The translations under genes and the position numbers were made by a program. Source: Camelus ferus (lineage: Eukaryota). Taken from it: a DNA stretch of 64,000 bases. Numbering within the stretch: position 1 is the first letter of the stretch; the number at the start of each line of letters is the position of its first letter. The stretch covers positions 60,700,001 through 60,764,000 of the forward strand of contig NC_045707.1 in the NCBI RefSeq assembly GCF_009834535.1. Direction: 5' to 3'. The notes beneath the pieces were generated by a model. That model worked only from the letters and a program-made list of their open reading frames with translations. It had not been told where the DNA came from and searched no databases. Positions 39,440-52,126 of the stretch are shown here, in pieces.

Positions 39440-40450
39440 CTCTATCTATACTATATTATTGGAAAATATCCTCATGACCTACAGATTTAGGGAAGACTTT
39501 CTTAAGACCAAAAAGTACTAACTGTTGGAAAGAATGAGATTCCTAAATTTGACTATATTAAAATTAAGAACTGTTCATCTCAAGAAACTGCAGAGAATTA
39601 AAAGACAAGCCATAGAATAGAGAGATATTTGTAATAAATTTTGCTGGCAAAGGACCAGTATTTGAAATACATCAAAAATTCCTATATAAATCAATAAGAA
39701 AAAGATAGACTGAATTTTTTTTTTAATGCACAAAGAATCTGAAGAGGTTCTTCACAAAAGAGAAAATGAAAATGGTAATTCACATGAGAAAGCGCTCAAC
39801 GTCATTAGTAATCAGGGACATGCAAACCAAAATCTCATTGATTTACCATTGATACACACAGCCAGAAGACTGGCAAAAATACTAAAAATTTGTCAGTATT
39901 GATGTTACCATGGATATGGAGAAAGAAGAACTACTACACACTGTTAGTGGAAAAATAAACAAATCGGTAAGCAATTTGGTATTCTTAAAGGTAAAGACAC
40001 ACATATACTCTAATCCAGGAGTTCTTCTAGATTATTTTAAACCTTAGAGAAACTCGTGGATATATTTGTCTACTAGGATACATTTCCAAGAATATTTGTA
40101 TCACCAGTGTTCATAAGAGAGACTAGAAACAGTCGAAACAATAGATGGATAGTGATATAGTCATGCAGTGGGATTCTACTCAGCAGTGAAAATGAACGAA
40201 ATACCTGCTATGACATGCTGGTAAATATAATTGCAAAAATCAAGGTAGTTAACTTTTGAGGGAAAAAAAAGTAGATAGATTGTGATCCAGAATGACATGG
40301 GGCAGGTGGAGTGTGGATCTTACAGGATGTTGACAATTAGTACTTCTTGATTTGGGTGGTGGTTATGCAGATACTATATACATTAAATTACATGTTTATG
40401 TTGTATGCATTTATCTGAAGGCGTGCTATATTTCACATATTTAAAAAAAC
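39440..40450 (+). mobile_element. Old L1 (L1ME-like) 3' region
   Basis: attaaaattaagaac..., aatcaataagaaaaaga, gctcaacgtcattagtaatcaggga, ttcttgatttgggtggtggtta. Confidence 0.7.
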
Positions 40451-41039
40451 ACTACAAGTAAAAGTGGAGTCCACTTTATTAGTTTTTGGATCACTTTATC
40501 AAACTCTGTATTTGAAAGATGAATAAGAATTAGACCCTTCTTTTCAGGAACTCACAGTCAAGTAAGGGACACGAAAAAGAAAACAAATAATTTAAGTACA
40601 TTGTGATAAATACAGTAGTACAAACAGGTATGAGATGATTTGCTTCAGAGGAGGGGACAACGAACTATGCCTATACAGTCAAAGCAGGACCTCCCAGAAG
40701 AGTTTGGTCATGAATCTTGAGAGACACCCTGGCATTCTAGAAATAGCATGAATTTTAGAGTTAGTCCTAAGTTTGAATCAGCTCTGTTACTACCACTTAC
40801 TGACATTGGTCAAGTTACTTAATATCTGTAAACCTCACTTTTTTCAATTATATAGAATATACCTAATATTTAGGGGTGGAGTGTGGCATTGTTTTAAAGA
40901 TTTCAAAGAAGTAAACCATCTAGCATAGTGTCTTACAATTACACGTGTTCCTACAAATGGATATTTATTGCTTTATTGTTGTTTTCATTAATGTTATTAG
41001 GTTAATTATCATTATAATTACCATCTTTGCTGATGAGTG

Positions 41040-41195
41040 GTTACCAAACTTCAGGTCCAGCTCTTGCTGCTCAAAAATCAATACTCAAGAGAGGCAAATA
41101 TTGGTAGAAAGGAAAGTTGCTTTAACCAGAATGTCGGCAATCTGAGGAGGTGGTGGACTCAGTGCCTGCAAAAACCAACTCTGAAGATTTCTGCT
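41040..41195 (-). mobile_element. ERV LTR fragment
   Basis: gttaccaaacttcaggtccagctcttgctgctcaaaaatcaatactcaagagaggcaa...gaaaggaaagttgcttta resembles an antisense ERV1 LTR U5 end. Confidence 0.55.
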
Positions 41196-41359
41196 GAGAC
41201 AAGAGGGGCCTCATGTAGAGAGCTGTTTCCTGCCAAAAGCTGCTTACACAATCAGAACCAGCCAGGAGCAGAATAGGTTAAAGGGATATAGACCAAGTAA
41301 GAGAGAATGTCAAAGCAAGAGAGATATAATAAACTGGAAGAGTAGGGAAGGATATCTGA

Positions 41360-42040
41360 GTTTTTATTTATTTTTTTATAGAGCCATAACTTACACATAG
41401 TTAAGTGCACAACTTTTTGTATTTTTAGCTGTGTAACAAAATGTGTAACCACTTCCCAGATCCCCGGAAGACCCTCTCATGCCCCTCCTAGTCAGTTCCT
41501 CCTACAACAAAGATAAACTACTGTCCCAACCTCTAACATCATAGAGTAGGTTTGTTAGTTCCTGACCTTCATATAAATGGAATCATATGGTATGTGCTTT
41601 GGGGAGGGGGGATGAGGAGACATGGCTTCTTTCACTTAATATTCTGTGTGGTGTTTTGTGTAGTGGTAATTGATTCTTTTCCACTGCTGTGTGAATGTAA
41701 TATAATGTGTTCGTTTATTCTACTATGAACAGCCATTTGAGTTGGCTTCAGATTTTGCTATTATGAATAAAGCTACTGTGAACATTTTTGTACATGTCTT
41801 AATGAACATATGCACTCATCTCTGCTGGGTGTATTTAGGATCAGAATTGCTCTGTGTTAGAATAAGAGTACTTTTAGCTTCAGTAAATACTGTCAAATAG
41901 TTTTTCATAATGATCATGCACTTTATATTCCCACCAGTAGTGAACAGAGTTCCAGTTGCTCCATATTCTAACCTGTATTTTGGATGGTATTAGTCCTTTT
42001 AGCCACTGTGATGGGGATGTAGGTTTCTATGTCATGGTGG
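41360..42040 (-). mobile_element. Old L1 3' UTR fragment
   Basis: ttcatataaatggaatcata, ctattatgaataaagctactgtgaacatt, ttcccaccagtagtg. Confidence 0.7.
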
Positions 42041-42390
42041 CAGTGAGGAGGATAGTAGGAAGAAAAATTACTACCTAATGTCACTAACAAGCAAACTTGG
42101 TGAAAAGTTGTGATCTGAAACTGTTCTACATTATTGATAATGGTCAATAACCATTCAAGATTTTGTCTATAAATATCACATTAAAAAAAGTAAAGGAGTG
42201 ATTTTAAAGTAATTTTAAATCCCCACACATGATAGAAAATAAATAAAAGCCTAAGAAGTATTTTGGCAGAGCCCTTTTGGCTTCTAATATACTTTCTGAA
42301 CTGACATTTTAAGGTAAAGATTCTTTTGCACATTTTTAGGAAGCCAGCTTTATCCAGTCTAAAGAAAGAAACTTTCATGTGATGCTTTTT

Positions 42391-42687
42391 CATTTCATTT
42401 TATTTTTTTATTTTTTATTTTAGAGAGGAGGTACTTAGGTTTGTTTGTTTGTTTGTTTGTTTATTATTATTTTTTAATGGAGGTACTGTGGATTGAACCC
42501 AGGACCTCATGCATGCTAAGCATGTGCTCTACCACTTGCGCTATACCCTCCCCACTTTAAATTTTTTTTATTGTCAGGGGGAGGTAATTAGGCTTATTTA
42601 TTTATTTTTAATGGAGGTACTGGGGATTGAAACCAGGACTTGATGCATGCTAAACATGCACTCTGCACCGAGCTATACCCTCCCTCC
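42391..42687 (-). mobile_element. Two tandem camelid tRNA-derived SINEs (Vic-1-like)
   Basis: Two copies of ttaatggaggtactg.ggattgaa.ccaggac...gctataccctccc, with one outer 16-bp flanking repeat. Confidence 0.88.
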
Positions 42688-44668
42688 TCATGTGATGATT
42701 TTTGCTTTGTTTACCTTGGAATTACCCTTAAAAACTTAGTGTACAATATGGCAGTATTTTCTTTTTAAGGCTTTTGAACATTTTAATATGGTCTTTGCAT
42801 TTTATGCTAATCATCTACTTACTTGCATTTAGTTGAAACTCAAAGTATTTGATCAAACTTAGCCTTTTGCTTTATCCTGCTGTAATTTTAAATAACTTGG
42901 CAGTCATCAGGGCCAGCTTTTAAAATAATGATTTGATTTGCAAGTTGGAGGTATAGAAAATCTTTTAAAATGGGATTCATTTATTGGTCTGACAGATAAT
43001 ATACAACCTAGGTTTATGAAAGTCCTTTTCTAACATTTGAAACGTTTTGCAAGACACAGTTGTATGTTAAAAAAAGTCTTATTCAGATTTATAACTTCTA
43101 CTTTAATTTACTGTTATGTTTTAAAATAATATATGAATGGAGACACAGTGAAGTGGGTGTTTTTCTTAGTCTAATAAATGGATTGGTCTAGATTCAGCTG
43201 AAACCAAACCCATGTTAGAGAAATTGAAGTAAGTCTGTTCTTATAGGAATAAAAAAAGACTTTTTTTTTCCATTTAATTTATACTTTTAGAAAATATTTG
43301 TTCTCTTGTATATATATTTAGAAGTTCTTTGAAATAATTTTTTAGTTCACTAGTACTGAGAATTACTTATTACATAAAATGTTTATTACTCTGGATAAAT
43401 ATTTAGAATTTTTAAACTGAATTATGTAATTTTGGTTTGCTTTGCACTAAAGTTTCAAATTCTGGTACGTTTTTATTTAAAATTCCGTGTTGCATTTATA
43501 AAACAGTTTCCAACCCCCTCAACCCCCCCCCCCCCGCCGCCTCAGTTTTGGGATTGACTGATCTTACTCCTTACCAGAGATGGGGGGAAAAATTCCTTCT
43601 TTGTATTATAGAAAAAAAAAACCAGTAAAATCTCTGAATTAGGAAAATGGATTTTTTTTTTTTTTGGCTAATATAAATCAAATACAGAGTAAATGGTATC
43701 ACTGATATGCAGGAAATGATTTTTAAATGCTTTAGGCAATGGTACCACTGATGACTTTTTAAGTGCTGATTTATGAATGACTGTCCATGTATTTTTAATA
43801 TAAGCTTTTATTGGACTCAGAACAACTAATTGTCGGGAAGAGTTACTGTTACTTGCCCTCAAAAGTAGAAAGAACTTCATTAAAATATTTTAAAAGATTG
43901 CTGCTCTAATGCCTGCCACACGAATCTCAGCATTAACTTTCTTAATTGCACCCTTAGAACATTAACTTGTTAATTGTGTTACATATTGTGTTACGTGATT
44001 ACAGGTGTGTGTGTTTATCCTAGTGTACTCATATATTTTAAATTCATCCTGTTAGAATTTATATAGCAATAGTCAGTGACAATGATAATTTTAAGGGTCA
44101 GCGTTAACTGAATGCATACTGTGTGCAAATACTATGCTCAGTGCTTTCTATGCATCCTCATTTAATTCTCACAATAAGCACATTATTAGATTTTTTTTTA
44201 AAGTCTGTCATTCAATTCAAATTTATTTCCCTAGTCGTCTTTTATCACCAATTCTGGAATTGTTTTCCAGGTTGGCAATAGGTGTGAAAAGTATAACGGG
44301 TTGGTTCTATCAGTTAGGATTCTTTGTGACACAACTGCTAACTGAAATAAAAGCTCATTGAGTCCTGAGGTCCTGAATTCATGCCAAGTGCTCTAGGAGG
44401 TATTTAGCTTATGTTGATGGGTTCAGGAAAAGACATCATTGCCTCTGTAAGCCTGGATTTATTCTAAGGAATTACTGTCCTAGAGATGATCCCTTAGAAG
44501 GTTTTAAACTATAATAGTTTAAAACTGTGTGTTCAGTCTGGGTTTCTTGCACTGATGTACATCAAATACAGTGTATAGGTGAAATTGAGTAACTTCTGTG
44601 CATTTGCTTTTTAACGCCTATATGTGTTCAAATCTAGTAATGCTGAGATAATGACAATGTTTTTAAAG

Positions 44669-44739
44669 GTTTTGAAAGAGGAAAGGAAGACATTTCTCAA
44701 AATAAGGATGAATCTTCACTTTCTATGTCAAAGAGCAAG
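44669..44739 (+). CDS. OSBPL8: OSBPL8 exon (GFERGKEDISQNKDESSLSMSKSK)
   Basis: tttaaag|GTTTTGAA...AGCAAG|gtaagc; 71 nt, phase 1-0. Confidence 0.96.
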
Positions 44740-46069
44740 GTAAGCTTATTGTTATCTTCAAATATAATCATGACATTTTTCTAATATTTAAGATGGGTGA
44801 ATTAACACTGAAATCCTATCAGATTTTTATGGGATGTTTTTATGTTGGTATATCTGAACCGTGTAGTATGTATGAAAAAGGGAAACTTCCACTGGGACTG
44901 ATTTAGGTGCTGTTGTTTACTTGGAAATACAACCTGTTGGTAACCAGAGTTCTCTCTGGAGGGATACTGTTTCTGGTATGTCTGCTAAAGCAGTACATCT
45001 TAAACGAAGTCTCAGGATTCCATGTAGAGAAATAGTGAGGGTTTATTTATTTATTTTTTAATCCTTACGTGTTTTGGGTTCATTCAAATGACAATCAGAA
45101 TATGTACTTTTTTACCAGTTAAAAGCCAAACATCTCTTGCTGTAATAGCCTGCAATTGAAAGACATCTTCTTAGAATAAGACATAGTTCCCTAAATTAGT
45201 AATTCTCAAACTGGCATACTTGTACATATTCTTAAGCCTGTGAGAATGTTTTCTTTAAGAGTACTATCCAAATCTGAGAAGCACTGTATGATGCATTGGC
45301 TTTCCTGTGGGTTTGTAATTCACTAGATTTTCTATAATTTGTCAGTGGATTTGACTTTTGACTGTTATTTCTGGTCAGGTTTAGTAGCAGGAGAAGCTTT
45401 TTTGTTTGTGGAATCAAACTTCAATGACTGTAAGAAAATCTATTACTTAAGGTAGTAAATTCTCTGCTATTCTCAGCAGTAGGCTTTGCTTTTAAAACCG
45501 TACATTTTTTGTTTTTGTTCTTGAGAGTGGTTGAGAGGATTCCATGATATGTTTTCATCATTTTCCATGATATGTTTTATACAAATTTTATTCACATTTA
45601 ACTGTTCAAGTATTCATTACATAAAGGTCCATCCTATATACTTCTATGTGTATAAGTACTTAGGATGAAAGTTTAGTAGTACTTTGTATAATGTATATGT
45701 GAGAAATGCTTTTATCATTTTATATGAAATGTATAATTAAAGGGGAAATAATTTATCTTGGTTCTTCTATGGTTAAAAATACAATAAAATTTATGGAATT
45801 TTTAAAACCTATTTTCAAGCAGTTAATACCAGAATTGGTGAATGTAATGTTTAGTGGTATTCCTACTCAAAAGCCTAAACCCCAGACCTACCTACCACAG
45901 CCATCTACCCGTAGTCTCTAAGTGGGAGGCGGATGGGGTGAGGAGGCCAGGGAGCCTGAAAAGCAAGTTTACATACCTAATGAAGAGGTGTGCATTAATG
46001 AAAAAAGCAAGCATAGGCTTTAGAACTGTACTTTTGAGTACAATAGCACCTAGTTGTATACGATTCTCT

Positions 46070-46230
46070 AAATTTAAATTAATTAAAATTAAATAAAACT
46101 AGAAATTTGGTTCCTCAGTTACACTAGCCACATCTCAATAGCCCAATAGCCACATATGGCTAGTGGTTACCATACTGGACAACTCAGATATAGAACATTT
46201 CTGTTATTCAGGAAGTTCTACTGTATAGCA
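46070..46230 (-). mobile_element. MER3/MER33-like hAT element
   Basis: ttcctcagttacactagccacat...aatagccacatatggctagtggttaccatactggacaa...gatatagaacattt. Confidence 0.75.
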
Positions 46231-48179
46231 AGCACTCATTCCTTTAAAGTCATAAAAGTCAGTTTGAGTCTTGACTCTCATATATTACCTGTGACTTCTT
46301 AGATGCTAATTACAATGATATTAATAGCTACTTCGCATTAAGAGTTTGCTAAGTGTCATTTTAACTCTCATAGCAATAGTAGAAGACAGGCATTATTGGC
46401 CCCATTTTATAAGTGAACAAACTGAAGCTTAGAGAAGTTAAATAACTCTCCAAGGGTCAAAGTGGTAGAGCTAGAATTCAGAGTGGCTTCAGTTTTCTTA
46501 CCTGAACAAAGAAGATAAGGTCTGCCTCCCAGATCGTGATGCTGCAAGTGCCTGACAAGTACTTGGTTAATAATATGTATTTGAGAATTTATTTTCTTCC
46601 TTTGAATAAAGAACTATAGTGAATGAATGGGCTTCTTGACATGGTAACTGTTCGGTATAAGTAAAATTGTACTTATCCTGTTATTTTCCAAGAGCTAAAT
46701 CTTACTGATTCTGTCTTAATTTAGATTTGATCTTGCTTCATTCTGTTAGTTTAAGAGTTGCAGTCATTAGTTTGTCCTTAAATATTTTAATGTATATCCT
46801 AGTCTGTTGTTTTTCAGAACAATCCTAAAATTTATGTATTTATCATGAAAACTTATTCTGATGGAATTCTGAAGATTTTGTTCTTACCCAAGTAACTTTG
46901 GGAAACAAAATTTTGTTATTTCTTCTATGACTGATCTGCATAACTGAGACCATTAAGTCATTTTAATCTTATATTCTTATGAATTTGATGCAAAAAGTAT
47001 CAATACTGTCATTTTGGTCATTGGATTCGGTTAAGTGTTATTTCTTAAAAATACATAATTGAGATCAGTAAGTACTATCCTTCTTCCTCCCAACCCCTGC
47101 TATTTTTAAAATAAATGCAAGATCTCACGCATCTTATAAATGAGTGAATTGGAGAAATCACTTAATGAAATCATCCCGTCTTCCCATGATCATTTTTAAG
47201 TAAATTTTTATTTGTCCATCTCAATGAAAGGAACTACCAGCATGAGTAATATGTCCAGTGGGATAAAAAGGAGTCCTATTACCAGGATAATAGGTTTCTG
47301 AGCCTGGATCTCTTGACTTGATTCTCCAGCCATCAGTCTGCTTGCCTGTACGTTTGCTAAGTCATATATCAATTGCTATAAAAAATATATTTACTTGGAC
47401 ATTTAAAAAGAATAAAACCTTTCCAAACCAAAATCTCTGATAGAGTCATAGTAACTTATCATTATTGTTATTATTCCTCATATCTGCGGTATTTTATAGT
47501 TTTCAAAGCAAGTCTAAAGTATTCTCACATGTTAATGTTCCATTTATTTAAAGGTCATATTTTTGACAGCACTTGCAATCTAGAGGATTGTCACAAACCT
47601 GAAACACAGTATATACCAAGTACTATGTTAAACATCATGCACACAACCTCACTTAACCCTCAGAGCAACCCTGTGAGGTGGTAGGAATGTCCTCATTTAC
47701 AAATGAGACAACTAAGATTGGAAGAGATTGAATAACTTCTCATAGTAGCACAGTCCGTAAAGTGTCATCATTAAGACAGTGGTCAGTAAGGTTATAAAAG
47801 AAGGAAAACTTAGGTTAGTAAAGTATTTCCAACAAAAACAGTTTATAATTTTTGGTATTTAAAAGGTCATTTGTTGATTTAGAAAACTTAGGTAATAACT
47901 GTTAAGAAGACTACAGAACTTGGTACTGGATTATTACTATTATTATTTTTAGAACTAGCTGCACAGTATGGCAAGCATTCCTTGAAGTATGTGTGCTGTA
48001 ATTTATGAAGCTCATGTGACTCCCTTCTGGACTGCTGGTCCCTTATATACTAGAATCTTTTAGGAATCTCCAAGCCAGATCTTGTCATGTCTGAGGAAAT
48101 AGATTTCCTACTGTTCATGAAAGTAAGTCTTAAATTTGGGTCTAAGATTCTGTATGAACAGTTTTAAAAGGTAAGAAAT

Positions 48180-48415
48180 CAGTGTAGTGAGATGGTTAAG
48201 ACCATGACACTGAAAATTAGGCACACCAGAGTACAAATCCCAGATCATCTACTTATGGCTCTGTGACTTTGGGAAGTTATTTCATCTGTTAGTCTTAGTT
48301 TCCTTGTTAGCAAAAAGGGGATACTACAGCGATCTCATAGAGTCGCTCTGAGGATTAAATGAGGTAGGGCACATAAAGTATTTATCATAGTGTTTGGTAA
48401 AGAGTTAAACAGCCA
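48180..48415 (+). mobile_element. MIR SINE
   Basis: tgtagtgagatggttaaga...aaatccca...ctgtgactttgggaagttattt...tgaggattaaatgag. Confidence 0.75.
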
Positions 48416-48475
48416 TTCATTTTCATTAACTTTTAAGCTAATACTGTTAGTATTTTTTTACTTAATAGTATCTAA

Positions 48476-48563
48476 ATGAATGTATGTGTATAAATACATG
48501 ACTGGGACATTGTGCTGTACATTAGAAATTGACACATTGTAACTGACTGTACTTCAATTAAAA
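48476..48563 (+). mobile_element. Very short 5'-truncated L1 3' end with a 12-bp target-site duplication
   Basis: catgactgggacattgtgctgtacattagaaattgacacattgtaactgactgtacttcaattaaaa, flanked by aatagtatctaa and aatagcatctaa. Confidence 0.75.
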
Positions 48564-50120
48564 AATAGCATCTAAGAAGTACATTATAATACACATTTTC
48601 CTTTTAAGCTGTGGGAAATAGAAACCATCGTATTCCTCTGACAGTAGTGGTCATCTTTGGGTTTCCAGGGGCAAGGAGAGGACAGAACTGTTTGGCTTGA
48701 GGCCTTTTGTGGAATTGTTTGGATATCACAATATATTCCATCATCATGGGAGTAAACAATATGAGTTTCAAGTACAATTCTTAAAATTTTAATTTGGTTA
48801 ATCCCCACCTTCCCCACTGAGTGTAGTTTGCAGTTCCCATCCACTTCAGCCAGTTATTACCATCACCATAATCATATTTTGTACTGAGTAGCAGAGGCGT
48901 TTTCAGGAGAGATGAGAGAAATGAGCTGCAGATATTAATTTCATTTTCATTTTATTAATTCATCAGGTATTTATTGAGCCCTTCCTTTTCCCCAGATGAT
49001 ACCTTGGTACAGTTGATGAATAACATGGCCCCTGTCCTCATGGATCTCATTGAGTGAGGGAGTTTATGCCCAAAGTTTTTTGTCCTTGATCACATCTAAT
49101 GATACTATGCAGATCTGGCCATTAAACATTTGAAAGCTGCCATTTGGATCAAGCCCCATATACCTTATTGGCAGTGAGAGTAATGCTGCACCTTCTCTCG
49201 TGTCTAACAATAGGTAAAAATGAAAACATAGGGCAGTAAAGGAATATGTTCAATTTTATTGCTCTAGGATTTATAAGAACAGTTTTTAGTTTTATATTAC
49301 TCTACTCTGGTGGAAGAATGTAGTCTCCTTGAAAGAGTGCTGGATTAGGAGACCCAGGTCCTGATCCCTGCAATTGACTGATTGTTCAGAAAATCAACCT
49401 CCCTGAGCCTCCTTTTCATGATTTGTAAGATGCAGATAAAACCACTTGTTATGCCTGTTTTTCAAGGTTTTTATGAAGATCAAATTGAAATATCAAGTAT
49501 AAACAAAATCAAGAAAAGAGTTTAAGACATTAATAATAATTTAGGATACTGGATAGGTAGGAAGAAGTGGATGCTAGGAATATCGGTTTTTTAAACACTG
49601 TACAAATTAGATAGGTTGTTTCAATACTAGTTTCTGAGATGTTTGTATTTCTTCCCATTGGAGAAGGCGTAGCAACAGGGCAATGTATGCAGCAACTTGC
49701 TAGAATGCACATGGTTTGGGTTTTGTTTTGTTTTTTAAGAACATTTCAGCTGTTAAAAAATTACATTGTTTTGGATACTTTTGTCCTAAAAATAACTAAG
49801 TAATTGTGTAAAACAATTGTATTTTTCAGAAATACTCTGGAAAACGGAATGCAAAAATTTACCAACATTATCTTATTTAACCTCCCATTATAAATTAATT
49901 TATTGATTAGTTTTTTATTTTTTTGTTTTTGTGGATTTAATGTGGATTAGTTTTCAGACCCAAATACTGTATAAGGAAAATCGGTATTTGAAAATTGACA
50001 TTTTGGGAAGAATGTCACAAATATAGTTTTAACACTAATTTTTATATACCATATGTAGTTATAGAATAAGTGATGGTTTTAATTATTATTTCTCATTTGT
50101 TCATTTCTGTGTGATTTCAG

Positions 50121-50198
50121 TCTGAATCTAAACTTTATAATGGGTCGGAGAAGGATAGTTCAGCTTCAAGCAAGCTCACAAAAAAAGAATCTCTCAAG
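50121..50198 (+). CDS. OSBPL8: OSBPL8 exon (SESKLYNGSEKDSSASSKLTKKESLK)
   Basis: tttcag|TCTGAA...CTCAAG|gttagt; 78 nt, phase 0-0. Confidence 0.96.
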
Positions 50199-51214
50199 GT
50201 TAGTTTTCATGGTTATTTCATAACTAACGTTACGCTTTGCATATGCTTTTGGGAGTAGGCTAACAAGATAAAGAAAAAAATAAGTCTTCCTAAAGGAAGA
50301 AAAAAATGTTAATGTTTGTGTGGCACACTAAAGTCAACTGAAAAGACTCTTTGATGACTGTCCCAATGTTGTTTCTGGGCTCAACTGGGTGCTCTAGGGG
50401 CCAAGGACTAGAAGTTTCTGCACAGCTGTACTTGAGCCAGACACATCACTGTGCTGTTGGAACACCTGACAGGAAGCTCCAGTACCCTCTGAAATTTGAG
50501 TTTACTAATTGCTAGGTCATGGGCTAAATTTGGCCCACAGGTAGATATATTTTATTTGACCTACCCAATGTTTTAAAAATTAGAGCCAACAATTACAAGC
50601 CTAGACTTCCAGCTTCTCTCAAGATATATATAATATTGGGCCTGCCTGGACCTTAAGGACCACATGCTTTCCAAATGATTCTTGATTCCCGTGTGCTCTG
50701 TTTTGCACCCTGCCCCCTTTTTCGTATCTGATCCTGTATGTATTTGCATTTGCAATCCCATATCAAATGTGTTAATTTGGATATGCATATTAATATAATA
50801 AAGACCAGAGTTCAAAATTTTTTGACTGTATAATTATTAAAATTGTTATGTGTTATGTAGTCTTTTTATCATTAAATGCAACTAGGAAGATTTTTGTGTT
50901 AAAAAAACCACAGATAGGTTATCTTCTCCCATCCATATAATAACAACTGAAACAATGATAAGATTGCATTAATCCATTGCTGCCGTCCCAAATTACCTCA
51001 GAAGTGACTTAAGAAGGGTAAAACTTTAATAATTTGAATGAATTCATTTCACTGTTGTGGTTTCTTTATTATCTATATCTTATGTATTAGTATCAGGAAA
51101 GAGCAAAATTGTCAGCTGTAAACAATTGCAGCATTGTTTGTAATATGAAAAACTGACAACAGAATAGATTTCCATCAGTAAGAGAATATATTAAGAAAAA
51201 TTACAGAAACACCA

Positions 51215-51455
51215 TAGCTTGGTGGTTAAAAGCGTATCTTTTAGAGCCAGTCTGCCTCTATTTGAATTCTGCCTCCATGACTTACTAGCTATGTGGTCCT
51301 GGGCAAGTCTATGCCTCACTTTTCTCATTTGTAAAATAAAGATAATGATAATCTTACTTCTCAAGGTTATTGGGAGGATTAAATGAGGTAATACATGTAA
51401 AATGCTTAGAAAAGTGACTGGTACACAGAAAGTGCCTAGTAAATGTTACCTCTTA
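51215..51455 (+). mobile_element. MIR SINE, near full length
   Basis: gtggttaaaagc...tttgaattctgcctcc..acttactagctatgtg..ctgggcaagt...gaggattaaatgaggtaatacatgtaaaatgcttagaa. Confidence 0.85.
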
Positions 51456-51576
51456 GTATTTTATTCATACTGAGAATCCTACGTAGCAGTTAAAAGAACG
51501 AGGTAGACATGAAGTGGAAATAGAATTGAAACGCTTCAAAAAATACTGCATAGGAGAACCTTTTTTATGTGTTAAA

Positions 51577-51604
51577 AATCAATCAATCAATCAATCAACC
51601 AATC
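51577..51604 (+). repeat. (AATC)n microsatellite
   Basis: aatcaatcaatcaatcaatcaaccaatc. Confidence 0.9.
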
Positions 51605-52024
51605 TACATATTTCGATAGGTTTTTACAAAGAAAAGGCTTGAAAGAACAGTGTTTTCCAGAAGGTTAACAGTGATCAATTCTAGGGATCAGAATAGGATA
51701 TGGTCAAATAAAAATTGCTTTTAGCTTTATTTATGTTGTTTGACATTTTTTCCATGTGATCATATTCATGTGTCATTTAAAAAAAAGTAAAATTCTTTAA
51801 AAATATACAGAGAACTGGACTTATGATCAGAAGAATTAGATTCTAACCTGTCTTGTCTAAAAAGTCCTACCAGCTCTTAAAAAAAAGTTCTTCTATCCTA
51901 AGATGCTAGAATTCTAAAAGAGGTTTAGAATTTTATACTCTACATTTCTATAGAGCTAAAAAATTGAAAAGAAATTGCCTATTTCTAATGAATTTTTAAT
52001 TTTTCCATTATTTCTATAAAATAG

Positions 52025-52126
52025 GTACAAAAGAAAAATTACCGAGAGGAAAAGAAAAGAGCCACAAAGGAGTTACTCAGTACAATCACAGACCCTTCTG
52101 TTATTGTTATGGCTGATTGGTTGAAG
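52025..52126 (+). CDS. OSBPL8: OSBPL8 exon, polybasic segment before the PH domain (VQKKNYREEKKRATKELLSTITDPSVIVMADWLK)
   Basis: aaatag|GTACAA...TTGAAG|gtcagt; 102 nt. Confidence 0.97.

Noticed and set aside
42480..42555. tRNA-like A/B boxes
   Set aside because: They belong to tRNA-derived SINEs, not tRNA genes. No snoRNA, miRNA, U12-type intron or CRISPR array could be supported anywhere in the window.
43511..43541. C-rich tract (minus-strand G-quadruplex potential)
   Set aside because: A simple homopolymer, prone to slippage and assembly error, with no functional context.
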